Below, one piece after another: positions 52,441 through 64,000 of a stretch of 64,000 nt of DNA. Made by a program: the position numbers and the translations under genes. Below the pieces are notes generated by a model. That model worked only from the letters and a program-made list of their open reading frames with translations. It did no database searches and was not told the DNA's origin. The stretch comes from Heterodontus francisci. Taxonomy: Eukaryota. The stretch spans positions 27,230,819 to 27,294,818 of the forward strand of contig NC_090411.1 in NCBI RefSeq assembly GCF_036365525.1, written 5' to 3'. Each line of letters begins with the position of its first letter. The stretch's first letter is position 1.

Positions 52441-53899
52441 CCTGCACTGCTCCAGGGCCCCCCTGTTATTTCACTCAACCGCCAGACTGGAGGAAATTGA
52501 GACAAACCCAAAAAAAAACCCCCACACCGCACAATAGCATGCGTAAAGTGTTTCCCCCCCACTCTGTAACACAGCAAGCTCAAGCCACTCTGCAAACTAG
52601 TTTGACTGCATTTGATGTGCTTATAGGACTGGCTCCCCGGGCTCGCTACAAAGAGAGCCAATCGGAAGACAAGCTGTTGCTGCTGCCACGACAACACAAA
52701 GCAAAGACCTTAGGGAGCGTCTGTAAGTTGAACCCAACACAAAGGAGTGATCCTAATCTCCATAGGGTCTCTCTGCAAAGAAAGTGAACCAATATAGTAG
52801 TAACAATTGTGTCAGAGACACACTCCTCTCTCCGGTTACAAAATTGAGTGCTGCCACCTAACTTTTTTTTTTAAACATACTGGTACCAATACAAGAGAAC
52901 AAAAACTGCACTTAAACCAATATACTTTAATGTTGCGCTAAACACTTGTGTGTTAGTTCATCTGCTCAAATTGCTTGCACCACGACAAAGAGCAATAGGT
53001 TTCTCCCGCCAGCACTTCATCCTATACAACTCAAAATAATCTCCAATTTGGAAGGGAAGAGATTGCACTGTTGGGTGTTAAAACACCTACACTATGGCTG
53101 TGTGAAAATTTAACACGTTGTTATGCTTTACTGAAACTCGAGTGATGAGACTAAAACCAGGACACAAAACCTGCAAGAACCAATTTGATGTAACTCAAAT
53201 AATAATCTACTGTGAGTCAACAAATCTTCACCATGCTGCAGGATTTCTCCTCCAAAGCGAGACAACCAAGATGGAGGGTGGAGGGGGGCGGTCACTCTTG
53301 GAAGTTATGCAAGGCCGGAACTATGTGAGATGTTTGGAAATTATTCTTTTCCCAGAGAATACTGGGCCTGTGGAACAGATTGCTGACTCGCAGAGTTTCT
53401 GACGTGGGTAGAGATCACCTCATACATCCTGTAATGTTATCTTGAATTAGCTTGGATTGCTTAAAAGGGCTGGAGAAATTTTCAGTTCCCTCTCTTCCCT
53501 AATTGGCCTGGATTTTTAATCTGTTTTTCTCCTAGCTCTCCCAGGTGATTCTATGGCTCTGGAAAGGATAGTGAGAACTGTATGGGACAGGCTGGATGGA
53601 CCATTAAGTCTTTGCTTATCTGTAATCTTTCCATATGTAAATATGATGTTCAACTCATTTTTGAGACAACTGGGGATTCAATACACTCTCCTCAGGTGAG
53701 AGAAGGCAAGGGAATGCTCTTAAGAGGCAGGACTTTCCAAACAAACATCCACAAACAAATGAAAAAGTATCTCTTCACTATGGCGTTATTGAATTTAAAA
53801 CCCTCGCTGTACATAATGAAGCACTGCTCAAAGTAACCTCAAGGAAGTCACTATAATTGTAGCTCTATACAAAAGTGAGCTTAAATAAAATACTCAGGT

Positions 53900-54045
53900 T
53901 AGTTCTGATGAAAGGTCCCAGACCTGAAAAGTTAACTCTGTTTCTCTCTCCACAGATTCTGTCTGACCTGCTGAGTATTTCCAGCACTTTCTATTTTTAT
54001 TTCATATTTCCAGCATCCGCAGTATTTTGCTTTTATTTATTAAAA
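53900..54045 (+). mobile_element. Penelope-like-element-derived short insertion with a hammerhead ribozyme motif at its 5' end
   Basis: agtt-CTGATGA-a-aggtc-cca-gacct-GAAA-agtt-aact followed by the recurrent ctctccacagat.ctg.ctgacctgctgagtatttccagca repeat; flanked by actcaggt (53892-53899 / 54046-54053). Confidence 0.7.
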
Positions 54046-54129
54046 ACTCAGGTAATCATTTAGTCATTTTCTTTATCTTTGGTTGTAGCCATCACATTTA
54101 CGAAGAAAAGAACAGGGAGAGAGAAAGAG

Positions 54130-55005
54130 CGTTCTGTTCGCTGTGTTTATCAATGATTTGGATACAGGCCCAGAGGGATCAGCATTGAAATTTGCAGAGG
54201 ATACCAAAGTAAAAGAGGTATAGTTCATTCTTTAGAGGATCGGAGGAAGTGGAACGGAATATTGTTAAGAAGGAGAATTTTTTGTTTTAAACGGCAGCTG
54301 GAATCCATGCCTGTAAATGCAAGGTGATGCATTTTGCTTAAAAGAAACAGTAATTATATTCTTAACAGAAGTATGCTCGGTGCTGTGGAAGGGCAGAAGA
54401 ATGGGGATACAGATTTACAGGACAGTAAAAGCAGCAAAGGCTGTAAAAAAAAACTAATGGAATTCTAGACCTCATCACAAGAGGGATAGGATATAAAAGC
54501 CAAAAATTAATGATCCGCCCACATGAAATCTTAACAAGACCCCAGTTAAAGTACTGTATGCAGTATTAGACTCCACACTTATAATTAAGGACATGGAGGC
54601 TTTATAGAGGGTACGACACAGATTCACTTGGATCCCAGCCTGTATGAATATGTACAAAAATGAAGACGGATGTGAAAAATTGGGGTTTATTCTGTTAGAA
54701 CAATTCAGATTATGGGGCGAATTTAAAGTATTTAAAAATAAAAATGTGTTGGTAGAGGCAGACTATTTCCAGTAGTTTAAGAGTCATAAACTTAAGATTA
54801 AATGCATGAAATTTAAAACAGAGAGCAAGAGAAAGAGTTTGATATCTGTATGATGTTGGAAGTGGGGCCGGTTGCTTTTGGAATGAATTAAACAACAAGG
54901 ATATTAGGAGGACAAAGTGACTAATGCTGAAGTGATGAGCAGCGGTCTGCGCATAGACAATATGAGTGAGAGAAGATTGTAATAGGCAGGTCTTGTATGA
55001 CACAC
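54130..55005 (+). mobile_element. Highly decayed CR1 LINE fragment
   Basis: Residual tttatcaatgatttggat, aaatttgcagaggataccaaa (KFAxDTK) and gtactgtatgcagt motifs. Confidence 0.65.
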
Positions 55006-57780
55006 GGCTTAAATTCAGTGTATTTAAAGAATGGAATGACTAGACAAGATGATATGGAAAGCTAATGTCAAGGCGGTGAAACTTTATACAACAAGATCTG
55101 AGAGTAAGGATTCCAGCAGGCAAGCAGCTGAAGAAACGTGCAGAGGTCCACAAGATGGCGAAGTCTTGACACAACTATCTGGTAATGACGACTGATTGTT
55201 CAGCCAACACAATATAGTAGATTCAGTTTGCACTAGCGTTCATACAAGAATGAATGCCAGCTTCCATCCATACATATGCAGAGTAGTTTGTACCAATATT
55301 TTTTATTTTCTAAGGGACGGTTAACATACTACTCTTCTCTTCCATGGCTATCTAACAAGACTTTCCTGTTGCTTTTAACAGGTCAGAATTTTCTAAAAAA
55401 ATAGAACGCCCTGAACTTTATCAGATAATGTTTGATATCCCAGCCAAAACAAACAATTTTGCACGAGACTAGATCCTCGATTACAGACTGAAAACTTCAA
55501 ACCTAACAATGATTGAACAGCTCTGGGCATGTCAGGGCTTCAGACAAACATGCCAACAGACAACAAAAAAAAAGTGGGAAGCCTTGAAGGGCTTGGACAT
55601 TTTTCTGAATTCTCTGAAAGACATTGCTTGTCAGACAGCATTTTTTAAAAAAAAAACAGAATCAAAAAACATAAAGAGCTGCAGTACTTTTGGTAGGATG
55701 GGTCATGGAAAGTGATTGAAAATCAGATACAAGCCAAAAGTCTTTTTTTTAAAAAAAAAAGCTAACTTTAATTAATTCTCATCTCAGATCACCTCTGGCC
55801 CCAGCAGAGAGCTTTTTTCTCTCCTCTTCGATGAAAACAGCATTCCAGACAAGTGTACATTTATGTTGTTGTGGGAGTCTGCTCATTTGGGAAGCATCGG
55901 CAAAGAGCAACTTAATTGCACCTCGTGTGGGGAGATCAGATGTGGGGAAGCTGAGACCAGGCAAGTGGGAGCACTCCAAGTTAACTTCCTTCCAATTGTG
56001 GAAAACAACATGCACAAGGTTGTAACAGGAATCTTTTTAAATCTGATTTTTCATTTACTTGAGCCTGCTATTCAAAGCACTATTTCATTTTCTCCTCGAG
56101 CCACATCTCAAAAGGCATAGGCAGGAACTGATGTTTTAGCTTTCCGTGACCCAATGCTCTGGACAAACTAACCCACCAAAACTATAATGCTGCCCATGTG
56201 ACTTTTGCATTAACAGCGAGGTTTCCTCAACGATACCATCAGTGACTTTTAATATAGAAAAGGTAAACACTAAAAGGATTCTAAAATTAACCATTATTTT
56301 TTGTAACTTTTTAAAATAGAATCGTGGTGAGGTTGTGCCTTTAGAATCCAACTTTGTTGTGAACATGGATCGGAGAAAGTAGTTCAACCACTAGGGAATG
56401 TCTCCAGCTACGACAGCTGACATTAGCAGCATTTTTCTCCAGAATTTCAGCCTTTCCTCTGCTGAAGATGATAACCCTTGCTGGGGTGAGATAGTTCAGG
56501 CACTGGCAGTGCTCTGCTACCTCATTCAAGTGGCCATTTTTGATGCAAAGCTTGACAGTGAGTTTTAGCAGGTCAGTTGAATATGGGAGACATCACAGCC
56601 ACGCCCAATCTCGTTGTCAGCTGACCTCCACACATGCCCCTTCCGCAAGAGTCACTTGAGTAGTTGATGAGGAGATGTGAGTGAGTTACCCCTTCTCAGC
56701 CCGGTGATGCTGAGATTGATCGTAGCTGCCCTAGCTGTGCCCCAATTAAGGAACAACTTGAAGCATCTTTACATATCTGACATGGTAACAACCAAGCACA
56801 GTATTACTACAAGTACCAGGAGTAAAGGAAGACACGCCATTCAGTTTGTGTACAAGGACACTGTTGGCAGGATTAAGGGATAACATTAGTTGCAAGACTG
56901 CTTTAAATTTGAAATGTTGGGGCGGAAGGGGTAGAAAATAATTAATACTAGTATACATGTACTAAAAATCTCAATAAACGAACATTAGCTCTTCAGAGTT
57001 AACTCCTCCTACATCTGTAAACCTACTGCAGCCTGCATAAAGTGTTTTCCTATGGGCATTGTGGTGGAACTCCAATACAGTGCACTGCAGACTGGTGACA
57101 TTAGCAGGCACCCTTCCCCGAATTTTTCCAGGTGAATTCTGTCCAGCTGTGTCACTAGGCGAGCCACCGAATCCTGGCTTCAATCAGTACCACAATTACA
57201 CTGGGAGTGTGTAAGGTGGTTTTTGCACAGGGAAAGCAGGTGAGTGATTTTGAGCCAAATTCATAATTTCATAATGGTTAGTCACAAAGAATTGTCAGAG
57301 GCCACCTGCCAGCTCAGCTGGAGACTGACATGGGGCACTAGAGACCTAAAGAGAGAAAGAGAGATAGCACTTAAAAACTTAAATGCATTCAATCCTACCT
57401 AAGCCACATATTCCCCATTTTTCCTAAAGCTACAGATTAGTCTTGGCAGAAAACAGTCTCTTAATGGATTACACAGCAGATGTAACCTGCAGTATAATCT
57501 GTCGAGAGAGTGTATTTTACAGCCATATACAAAAAGTGGTGGCAACATCATGCAGTAATTACGTGACGATTGGTGGCAAATGTGATCCAGGACATTATGA
57601 CATAAATCACAGTGTGGTCCAGACCTGAGTCACTCAGTGTTCATCTAACTCTAATGTTTGATGTGGTTTAAGCAGGTTAGAAGATACAGTAACAGCGCTA
57701 CAAAAGAATGCTCAATCAGAAAAATGCCATTCATTCTGTTGAAGGCCAATATTAAGAGCAGCATCAGAACAAAGGTGAGA

Positions 57781-58092
57781 TGGCGCAGTGGTTAGCACCG
57801 CAGCCTCACAGCTCCAGCCACCCGGGCTCGGTTCTGGGTACTGCCTGTGTGGAGTTTGCAAGTTCTCCCTGTGGCCGCGTGGTTTTTTGTCGGATGCTCT
57901 GGTTTCCTCCCACAGCCAAAGACTTGCAGGCTGATAGGTAAATTGCCCCTAGTGTAGGTAGGTGGTAGGAGAATTGAAGGAAGGTCGGGATGTGGTAGGG
58001 GACATGGGATTAATGTAGGATTAGTATAAATGGTTGGCACAGACTCGGTGGGCCGAAGGGCCTGTTTCAGTACTGTATCTCTCTATGACTAT
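57781..58092 (+). mobile_element. tRNA-derived SINE, HE1-like (second copy)
   Basis: Close match to 40486-40815 with internal deletions. Confidence 0.88.
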
Positions 58093-59490
58093 GACGTGCA
58101 AGAAAAATGGTCCAACGGCCTTTGTAAAAAGAAATACTTGAACATGCTGGAAATCGGAAATAAAAGAAAGAATTGCTAGAAATTCACAGCAGGTGGGAGA
58201 TTAACGTTTCAGAGGTAGATCCTTCCCCAACATACACAACTTTCTGACAAGGGAGTCTCCACCTGAAACACAAATGTGCCTTTTCTCTTTTCAGTCACTG
58301 ACAGACCTGCTGTGTATTTCCAGCATGGTTTTTTTTAATGAGGTTCTTGATGAATTATTTTGCTGTTACAGGAGGATGTCACTGGGGATGGGCCAGCAAA
58401 GAGGCAGTTACCAGCAAGAACTCATAGTACCAAGATTACCTTTTTCTTAACAGATTTAGAACATTAAGTTTTTTAGTAATCCCCCAGGTAGGGGGCAGCT
58501 TACAGTAAATGCTTAAACCAGATGTTCAGCCTAGGAGCTGGAAATTATCCATCCCGCTACAAACAGAACTGAATGCATGATGTACTGTATTTAGACGAGA
58601 AAGCTAACATTGTGAAATGGATTCAGACATAATCCTATCACTTCTTTGATAGAATAGTTTGAATGGCAGGATACACCAGAAGATTGCTGCATGAATTATA
58701 GATTTTACAAGAGGAATCGACAGCTTTCCCCATGGGATAGTGGGTAAAGACACTGCCTCTGTAGCATTGAGGCTCACAGGACAGCAGGTACCAGACTTGA
58801 TTCTCCTCTGTGCTGAGTTAAGGTTCCTTTAATACTTGCTAAGGGTCTTTGGTGGAGCAGCACTCAGAGACCCATCATTTTTTGCACTGCAACTTTACCC
58901 AAAACTGCCACTATGTGGGGCACAGGGATTCAGCAGAGGTTGGCAAAGACAAAGAGCCTCTACGTGGCTGGTAGCACTGGCTGTGGCTTTCTGGATAAGT
59001 TGCAGTTTGTTGGGTGTGGAAGGGACAAGGTATAAAACAGAAAATGCTGGAAATACTCCGGTCAGGCAGTATCTATGGAGAGAGAAACAGAGTTAACATT
59101 TTAAGTCCGTGACTTTTTAATCAGAACTGGACTAGGTTTTGAGCAAGTGAAAAGGGGGAGGATGGGAAGAACAACAAAAAGGTCCGTGATAGGGTGGAGG
59201 CAGGAGAGATGAAATAACAAAAGTTTTCATGGTGGAAGGCCAAAGGGAGTGGTAATGGGACAAATAAAGAAACAAAAGATTTGTCTAGAGGAGATCTGAA
59301 TGGCAGGATAGCTGCTGTCCAAACATAAATTAAAAGGAGATGAGAGAAATGAGAGGGGGAAAAAAATCAACGTGCAAAGAAACACTAAACTAAATGTGGG
59401 CAGAGGTTATGATCTAAAATTGTTAAACTCAATGTTGAGTCCAGAAGGCTGGCCAGAGGCCAGAAATTCTGATGAAAGGGGTGGGCGGGG

Positions 59491-60762
59491 GGGGCAGAAT
59501 TTTATGCTCTCCCCCGCGGCGGTTTGGAGACATTGGAGGCAGGGAGGGTGGGTTCCCACTACCATCCTGCCTCAGCCAAAATTTAGTCCGGGGCAGGAAG
59601 GCCAATTGAGGCCCTTAAGTGGGCAATTAACGCCAATTAAGGGCCTTTTCCTGCCGCAGTTGCAATTAATTGTGCAGCGGGCAGTCCTGTCGCCTCCGGT
59701 AGGTGCTCCTCCAGCAACAGCCACCACCTCCGCGGTGGCACTGCAGCTCACGGCCTCTGGTCACATTGCCGCGGAACGCTCCATCCAGTTGGACCGTGCC
59801 ATACCACCTATCCTTCGCGGAGCAGTTTCTGCGGGGAAACACCTTTGACCACCGATCCATCAGGCAGTGGTCTGCACAGAATGTCCTCAAGGCCCTATGG
59901 GTAAAGGAGACGGTGGATCCTGTTGGATGGTTCCCCGAGCAGACCGTCAAAGTCATTTGGCGGAATGCCTCATCACCAGAACTTTCAAACAAGCACCAAG
60001 ATGTAGCTTGGCTGGTGGTGAGAAGAGCCCTCCCCGTCAGATCCTTCCTGCACGCCTGAAGTCTCACCCCCTCCGCACAATGCCCCCGCGGTGGCTGTGG
60101 TGGGGAAGAGACAGTTGCCCACCTCCTTCTGGAATGTGTCTTTGCAAAGCAGGTGTGGAAAGAGATGCAGTGGTTTTTGTCGAGGTTCATCCCAAGCAGC
60201 TCTGTAACACAGGAGTCTGTGCTCTACAGGCTGTTCCCAGGGACGCACACCGAGACAAACATCAACTGGTGCTGGAGGACTGTCAATTCGGTGAAAGACG
60301 CCCTTTGGTCTGCCCGAAACTTGCTGGTCTTCCAGCGCAAAGAGTTGTCCATCACCGAATGTTGCAGACTGGCACATTCCAAGGTCCACGACTACGTGCT
60401 GAGGGACGCACTAAAGCTTGGGGCAGCCGCAGCAAAGCATGATTGTATTGAAGGAAACTGATCTCCCTGGCACTGTTTGTATATTTTGACTTGGTGCTGT
60501 TTGAAACTGTTTGGTAATCAATTTTTTTTTTTAAACAGATTTTTATGAATAAAAAAAAAAGCTCACGGCCTCTGATTGGTTGGCAGCTATCCAAGGGCGG
60601 GACTTCCGGCTACAGGGTTCTTGATCCTGTGGAAGGTCCGCCGCTGTCTACTTAAGTGCCTTATAGATTCGGTGTGCCTTCTGGAGAAGATGCAATATGG
60701 GTATCTCGGCATCACTTTTTCCGGACGTCGAGATCCTCGCCGTCAGAATAAAATCCCAGCCA
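59491..60762. mobile_element. GC-rich MITE-like repeat interrupted by the Tx1 fragment; related copy at about 32216-32830
   Basis: Imperfect TIRs gggcagaattttat ... ataaaatcccagcc; shared internal ggccaa(t/c)tgag...cttaa...gg.caatta motif. Confidence 0.6.
59760..60560 (+). mobile_element. Short 3' fragment of the same Tx1-like family, with poly(A) tail and 14-bp TSD
   Basis: Highly similar to 17370-18310. TSD gctcacggcctctg at 59746-59759 and 60561-60574. Confidence 0.93.
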
Positions 60763-60984
60763 TTAACACAGTTTCTCTCTCCACAGATGCTGCCAGACCT
60801 GCTGAGTATTTCCAGCATTTTCTGTTTTTATTTCAGATTTCCAGCAGCCAAAGTATTTGCTTTTGTAAAAACATTGGACAAATTGAGTTGAACAGTATTA
60901 AAGGCCTGGTGAGAGCCAGGGACTCTCAATCCCTAACACTGAAAGTGAGGGATCTAGCTCCACACTTTAATTCTAAACGGAGGT

Positions 60985-61392
60985 TCCAGTCAAGCAATGT
61001 CTTGATTTTGAATTTATCATCCTGGTTTTCAAATCCCTCTATGGCCTATCCCTCCCTATCTCTGTAATCTCCTCCAGCCCTACAACCCTCTGAGATATCT
61101 GCGCTCATCTAATTCTGGCCTCTTGAGCATCCCCGATTTTAATCACTCCACCATTGGTGGTATGCCCCAAATTCTGGAATACCCTCCCTAAGCTCATCAA
61201 CCTGTCTACCTCACTTTCTTCCTTTAAGACACTCCTTAAAACCTACCTCTTTGACCAAGCCTTTGGTCATCTGACCTAATATCTCCTTATATGGATCTGT
61301 GTCATACTTGTTTTACAATGCTCCTGTGAAGCGCCTTGGGATGTTTTATTACGTTAAAGGCACTATATAAATATAAGTTGGTGTTGTTGTTG
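60985..61392 (+). mobile_element. L2-clade LINE 3' fragment
   Basis: Reverse complement of the 15225-15745 family; ends ggcactatataaatataagttggtgttgttgtt. A shorter copy lies at about 5075-5360 (+). Confidence 0.82.
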
Positions 61393-61965
61393 GTCCAGCT
61401 AAAGTTTGCAACATGCAGGGAAAAAAAAAGGTCATCGCTGCTACGGGAACAATAAAGTCATATTTATTACCAATTTAGCCGATGGCAAGAAAGCAGCACG
61501 TTTACATCAGCTGCACTCTATTTCAGCTAATCTGAACTGAACAGCAGTTGAGATGCTGCAATTGGAATTGTTTATGGACAGATTGCTAGGTAAAGAGTAA
61601 GATGGGAATTTTCTTTTGGAAGATGTCCGCAGGGATGGGTAAAAGGGTGGAGACGTTGTGAAAGCTGTAGATAAAACTGTGCTGTAAACTAAAAAAGAAA
61701 ATGATCTCACTGAAACAAACTGCAATGCAACAAGCCTGAGCAGGCTCTGTAATTTAAAAAAAAATACAAGGCATTAACCCTGTGAATGCTGGAACAACAA
61801 AGAAAACCACGCTTTAAAAATAAAACATTTATTCAAAGACTACTATAGAATCAGACTTTTTCTGTACACTTTTCTAACTTCAAATCATAGGTCTATAATC
61901 TGGATTTTCTACAGAAGGCAGGAGGCACAGGTTACATAAACTAAAGTGTTAAAATTCTGTTGGTG

Positions 61966-63180
61966 GCTTTCTTTTCTTTCTTTTGGGCCTCCTTATCTCG
62001 AGAGACAATGGATACGCGCCTGGAGGTGGTCAGTGGTTTGTGAAGCAGCGCCTGGAGTGGCTATAAAGGCCAATTCTGGAGTGACAGGCTCTTCCACAGG
62101 TGCTGCAGAGAAATTTGTTTGTTGGGGCTGTTGCACAGTTGGCTCTCCCCTTGCGCCTCTGTCTTTTTTCCTGCCAACTACTAAGTCTCTTCGACTCGCC
62201 ACAATTTAGCCCTGTCTTTATGGCTGCCCGCCAGCTCTGGTGAATGCTGGCAACTGACTCCCACGACTTGTGATCAATGTCACACGATTTCATGTCGCGT
62301 TTGCAGACGTCTTTATAACGGAGACATGGACGGCCGGTGGGTCTGATACCAGTGGCGAGCTCGCTGTACAATGTGTCTTTGGGGATCCTGCCATCTTCCA
62401 TGCGGCTCACATGGCCAAGCCATCTCAAGCGCCGCTGACTCAGTAGTGTGTATAAGCTGGGGATGTTGGCCGCTTCAAGGACTTCTGTGTTGGAGATATA
62501 GTCCTGCCACCTGATGCCAAGTATTCTCCGAAGGCAGCGAAGATGGAATGAATTGAGACGTCGCTCTTGGCTGGCATACGTTGTCCAGGCCTCGCTGCCG
62601 TAGAGCAAGGTACTGAGGACACAGGCCTGATACACTCGGACTTTTGTGTTCCGTGTCAGTGCGCCATTTTCCCACACTCTCTTGGCCAGTCTGAACATAG
62701 CAGTGGAAGCCTTACCCATGCGCTTGTTGATTTCTGCATCTAGAGACAGGTTACTGGTGATAGTTGAGCCTAGGTAGGTGAACTCTTGAACCACTTCCAG
62801 AGCGTGGTCGCCAATATTGATGGATGGAGCATTTCTGACATCCTGCCCCATGATGTTCGTTTTCTTGAGGCTGATGGTTAGGCCAAATTCATTGCAGGCA
62901 GACGCAAACCTGTCGATGAGACTCTGCAGGCATTCTTCAGTGTGAGATGTTAAAGCAGCATCGTCAGCAAAGAGGAGTTCTCTGATGAGGACTTTCCGTA
63001 CTTTGGACTTCGCTCTTAGACGGGCAAGGTTGAACAACCTGCCCCCTGATCTTGTGTGGAGGAAAATTCCTTCTTCAGAGGATTTGAACGCATGTGAAAG
63101 CAGCAGGGAGAAGAAAATCCCAAAAAGTGTGGGTGCGAGAACACAGCCCTGTTTCACACCACTCAGGATAGGAAAGGGCT
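61966..63180 (-). mobile_element. 5'-truncated RTE-clade LINE (RT C-terminal half)
   Basis: Uninterrupted ORF 62030..63157 with KQGCVLAPTLF, LLFADD, FTYLGS, RRLRWLGHV and a terminal CxxC..H zinc motif; GAAA-rich tail. Confidence 0.92.
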
Positions 63181-63381
63181 CCCCTTAGATAAATGTTACC
63201 TGGACTCATCACTAAGAAAAAACTTTATTTTTAACCCAACAGCCAAACCTTCTCTCAAGGAATTCAACTTTTAATACGGAATATATAACATTATTTGATA
63301 ATTTTCTGTCCCTTACCTGCCAAACATTTTGTTTCCTGTTGAGGAATAGTTTCTTGGGTGCTGTCATGCCACGGATACCAG

Positions 63382-64000
63382 TGTTACGACCAGGTGAGAA
63401 AGAGATCTGGGGTCCCTTTCAGCCTTCACCTGGTCTTACTGTAACAAGGTTTAATTTTAAACACACCGTGTTTTTTTAGCTCCTCCTTGGTAGATCCTTG
63501 TTCACCACTTTCCAATTATAAGGCAAAGAAACCAGCACAAACAGGCCTTCTCAGGTTTAAAGAAGAAAAGTTGAAATTTATTAAACTTAAACTCTAATTC
63601 GGTTATGGCCTACCGATACACAACGCGCCCACGCTAGCATGCATACGCGATACACACATGCACATAGAGACAGAAAAGAGAAGAAAAATAAAGTGGAAAG
63701 GTTTGAGTCAATATCTGAAGAGTTGTTGTTACGGTTCTTCGAGCTCACTGTAGAGTCCTTGATTGTAGATAGATCTTGCTTTTCATTGGGGCCCAGTATT
63801 CTTCTTAAACCTTGTTCGCTGTAGGAGACTTTTCTCTCTTGGGGTTCACGTGTCTTCAGAGGCTTGTGAGAAAGAGATGGGAGAAAACAGGAGAGCGATT
63901 TTCTCAGTCCAGGAGCAAACAGCTTTCTGCCCAAACTGTTTGTACAAATTCAAAAAACTCAAGTTGCCCAGCAGGTTATGTCCGTTTGTGTAATCGGCCA
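63382..64000 (-). mobile_element. Probable LTR (solo, or one end of an LTR retrotransposon), running off the window end
   Basis: Abrupt start with tgttac (LTR-type TG..CA terminus), minus-strand AATAAA near 63577-63582, no coding match. Orientation is inferred only from the poly(A) signal. Confidence 0.45.

Overview
Eukaryotic genomic DNA from a vertebrate. The repeat content (HE1-like V-SINEs, Deu-domain SINEs, CR1, L2, RTE and Tx1 LINEs, Penelope-derived fragments) points to a cartilaginous fish (shark). Two convergent spliced genes are present. On the + strand are the last eight coding exons (281-19204) of a BRSK/SAD-family Ser/Thr kinase, covering the C-terminal regulatory/KA1 region; the kinase domain lies upstream of the window. 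On the - strand is a five-exon MOB2-family kinase activator (52440-31643, 231 aa from the MVLQAV start). This tail-to-tail arrangement matches the human BRSK2-MOB2 pair. The rest is intron, UTR and intergenic DNA dense in retroelements, MITEs and tandem repeats, and most long ORFs in the track are LINE fragments or artefacts. I found no prokaryotic-type system (no CRISPR, no operons). The points most worth following up are these. The BRSK gene mixes BRSK1 and BRSK2 signatures, has three in-frame acceptors on one exon, and sits next to a divergent MOB2, so the pair may be a retained paralogue. Penelope-derived insertions carry hammerhead-ribozyme cores. Several short locally templated insertions are visible. 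Inverted retroelement pairs flank MOB2 exons. All comparisons to known proteins and repeats are from memory; no searches were run. Repeat boundaries are approximate unless a TSD is given.
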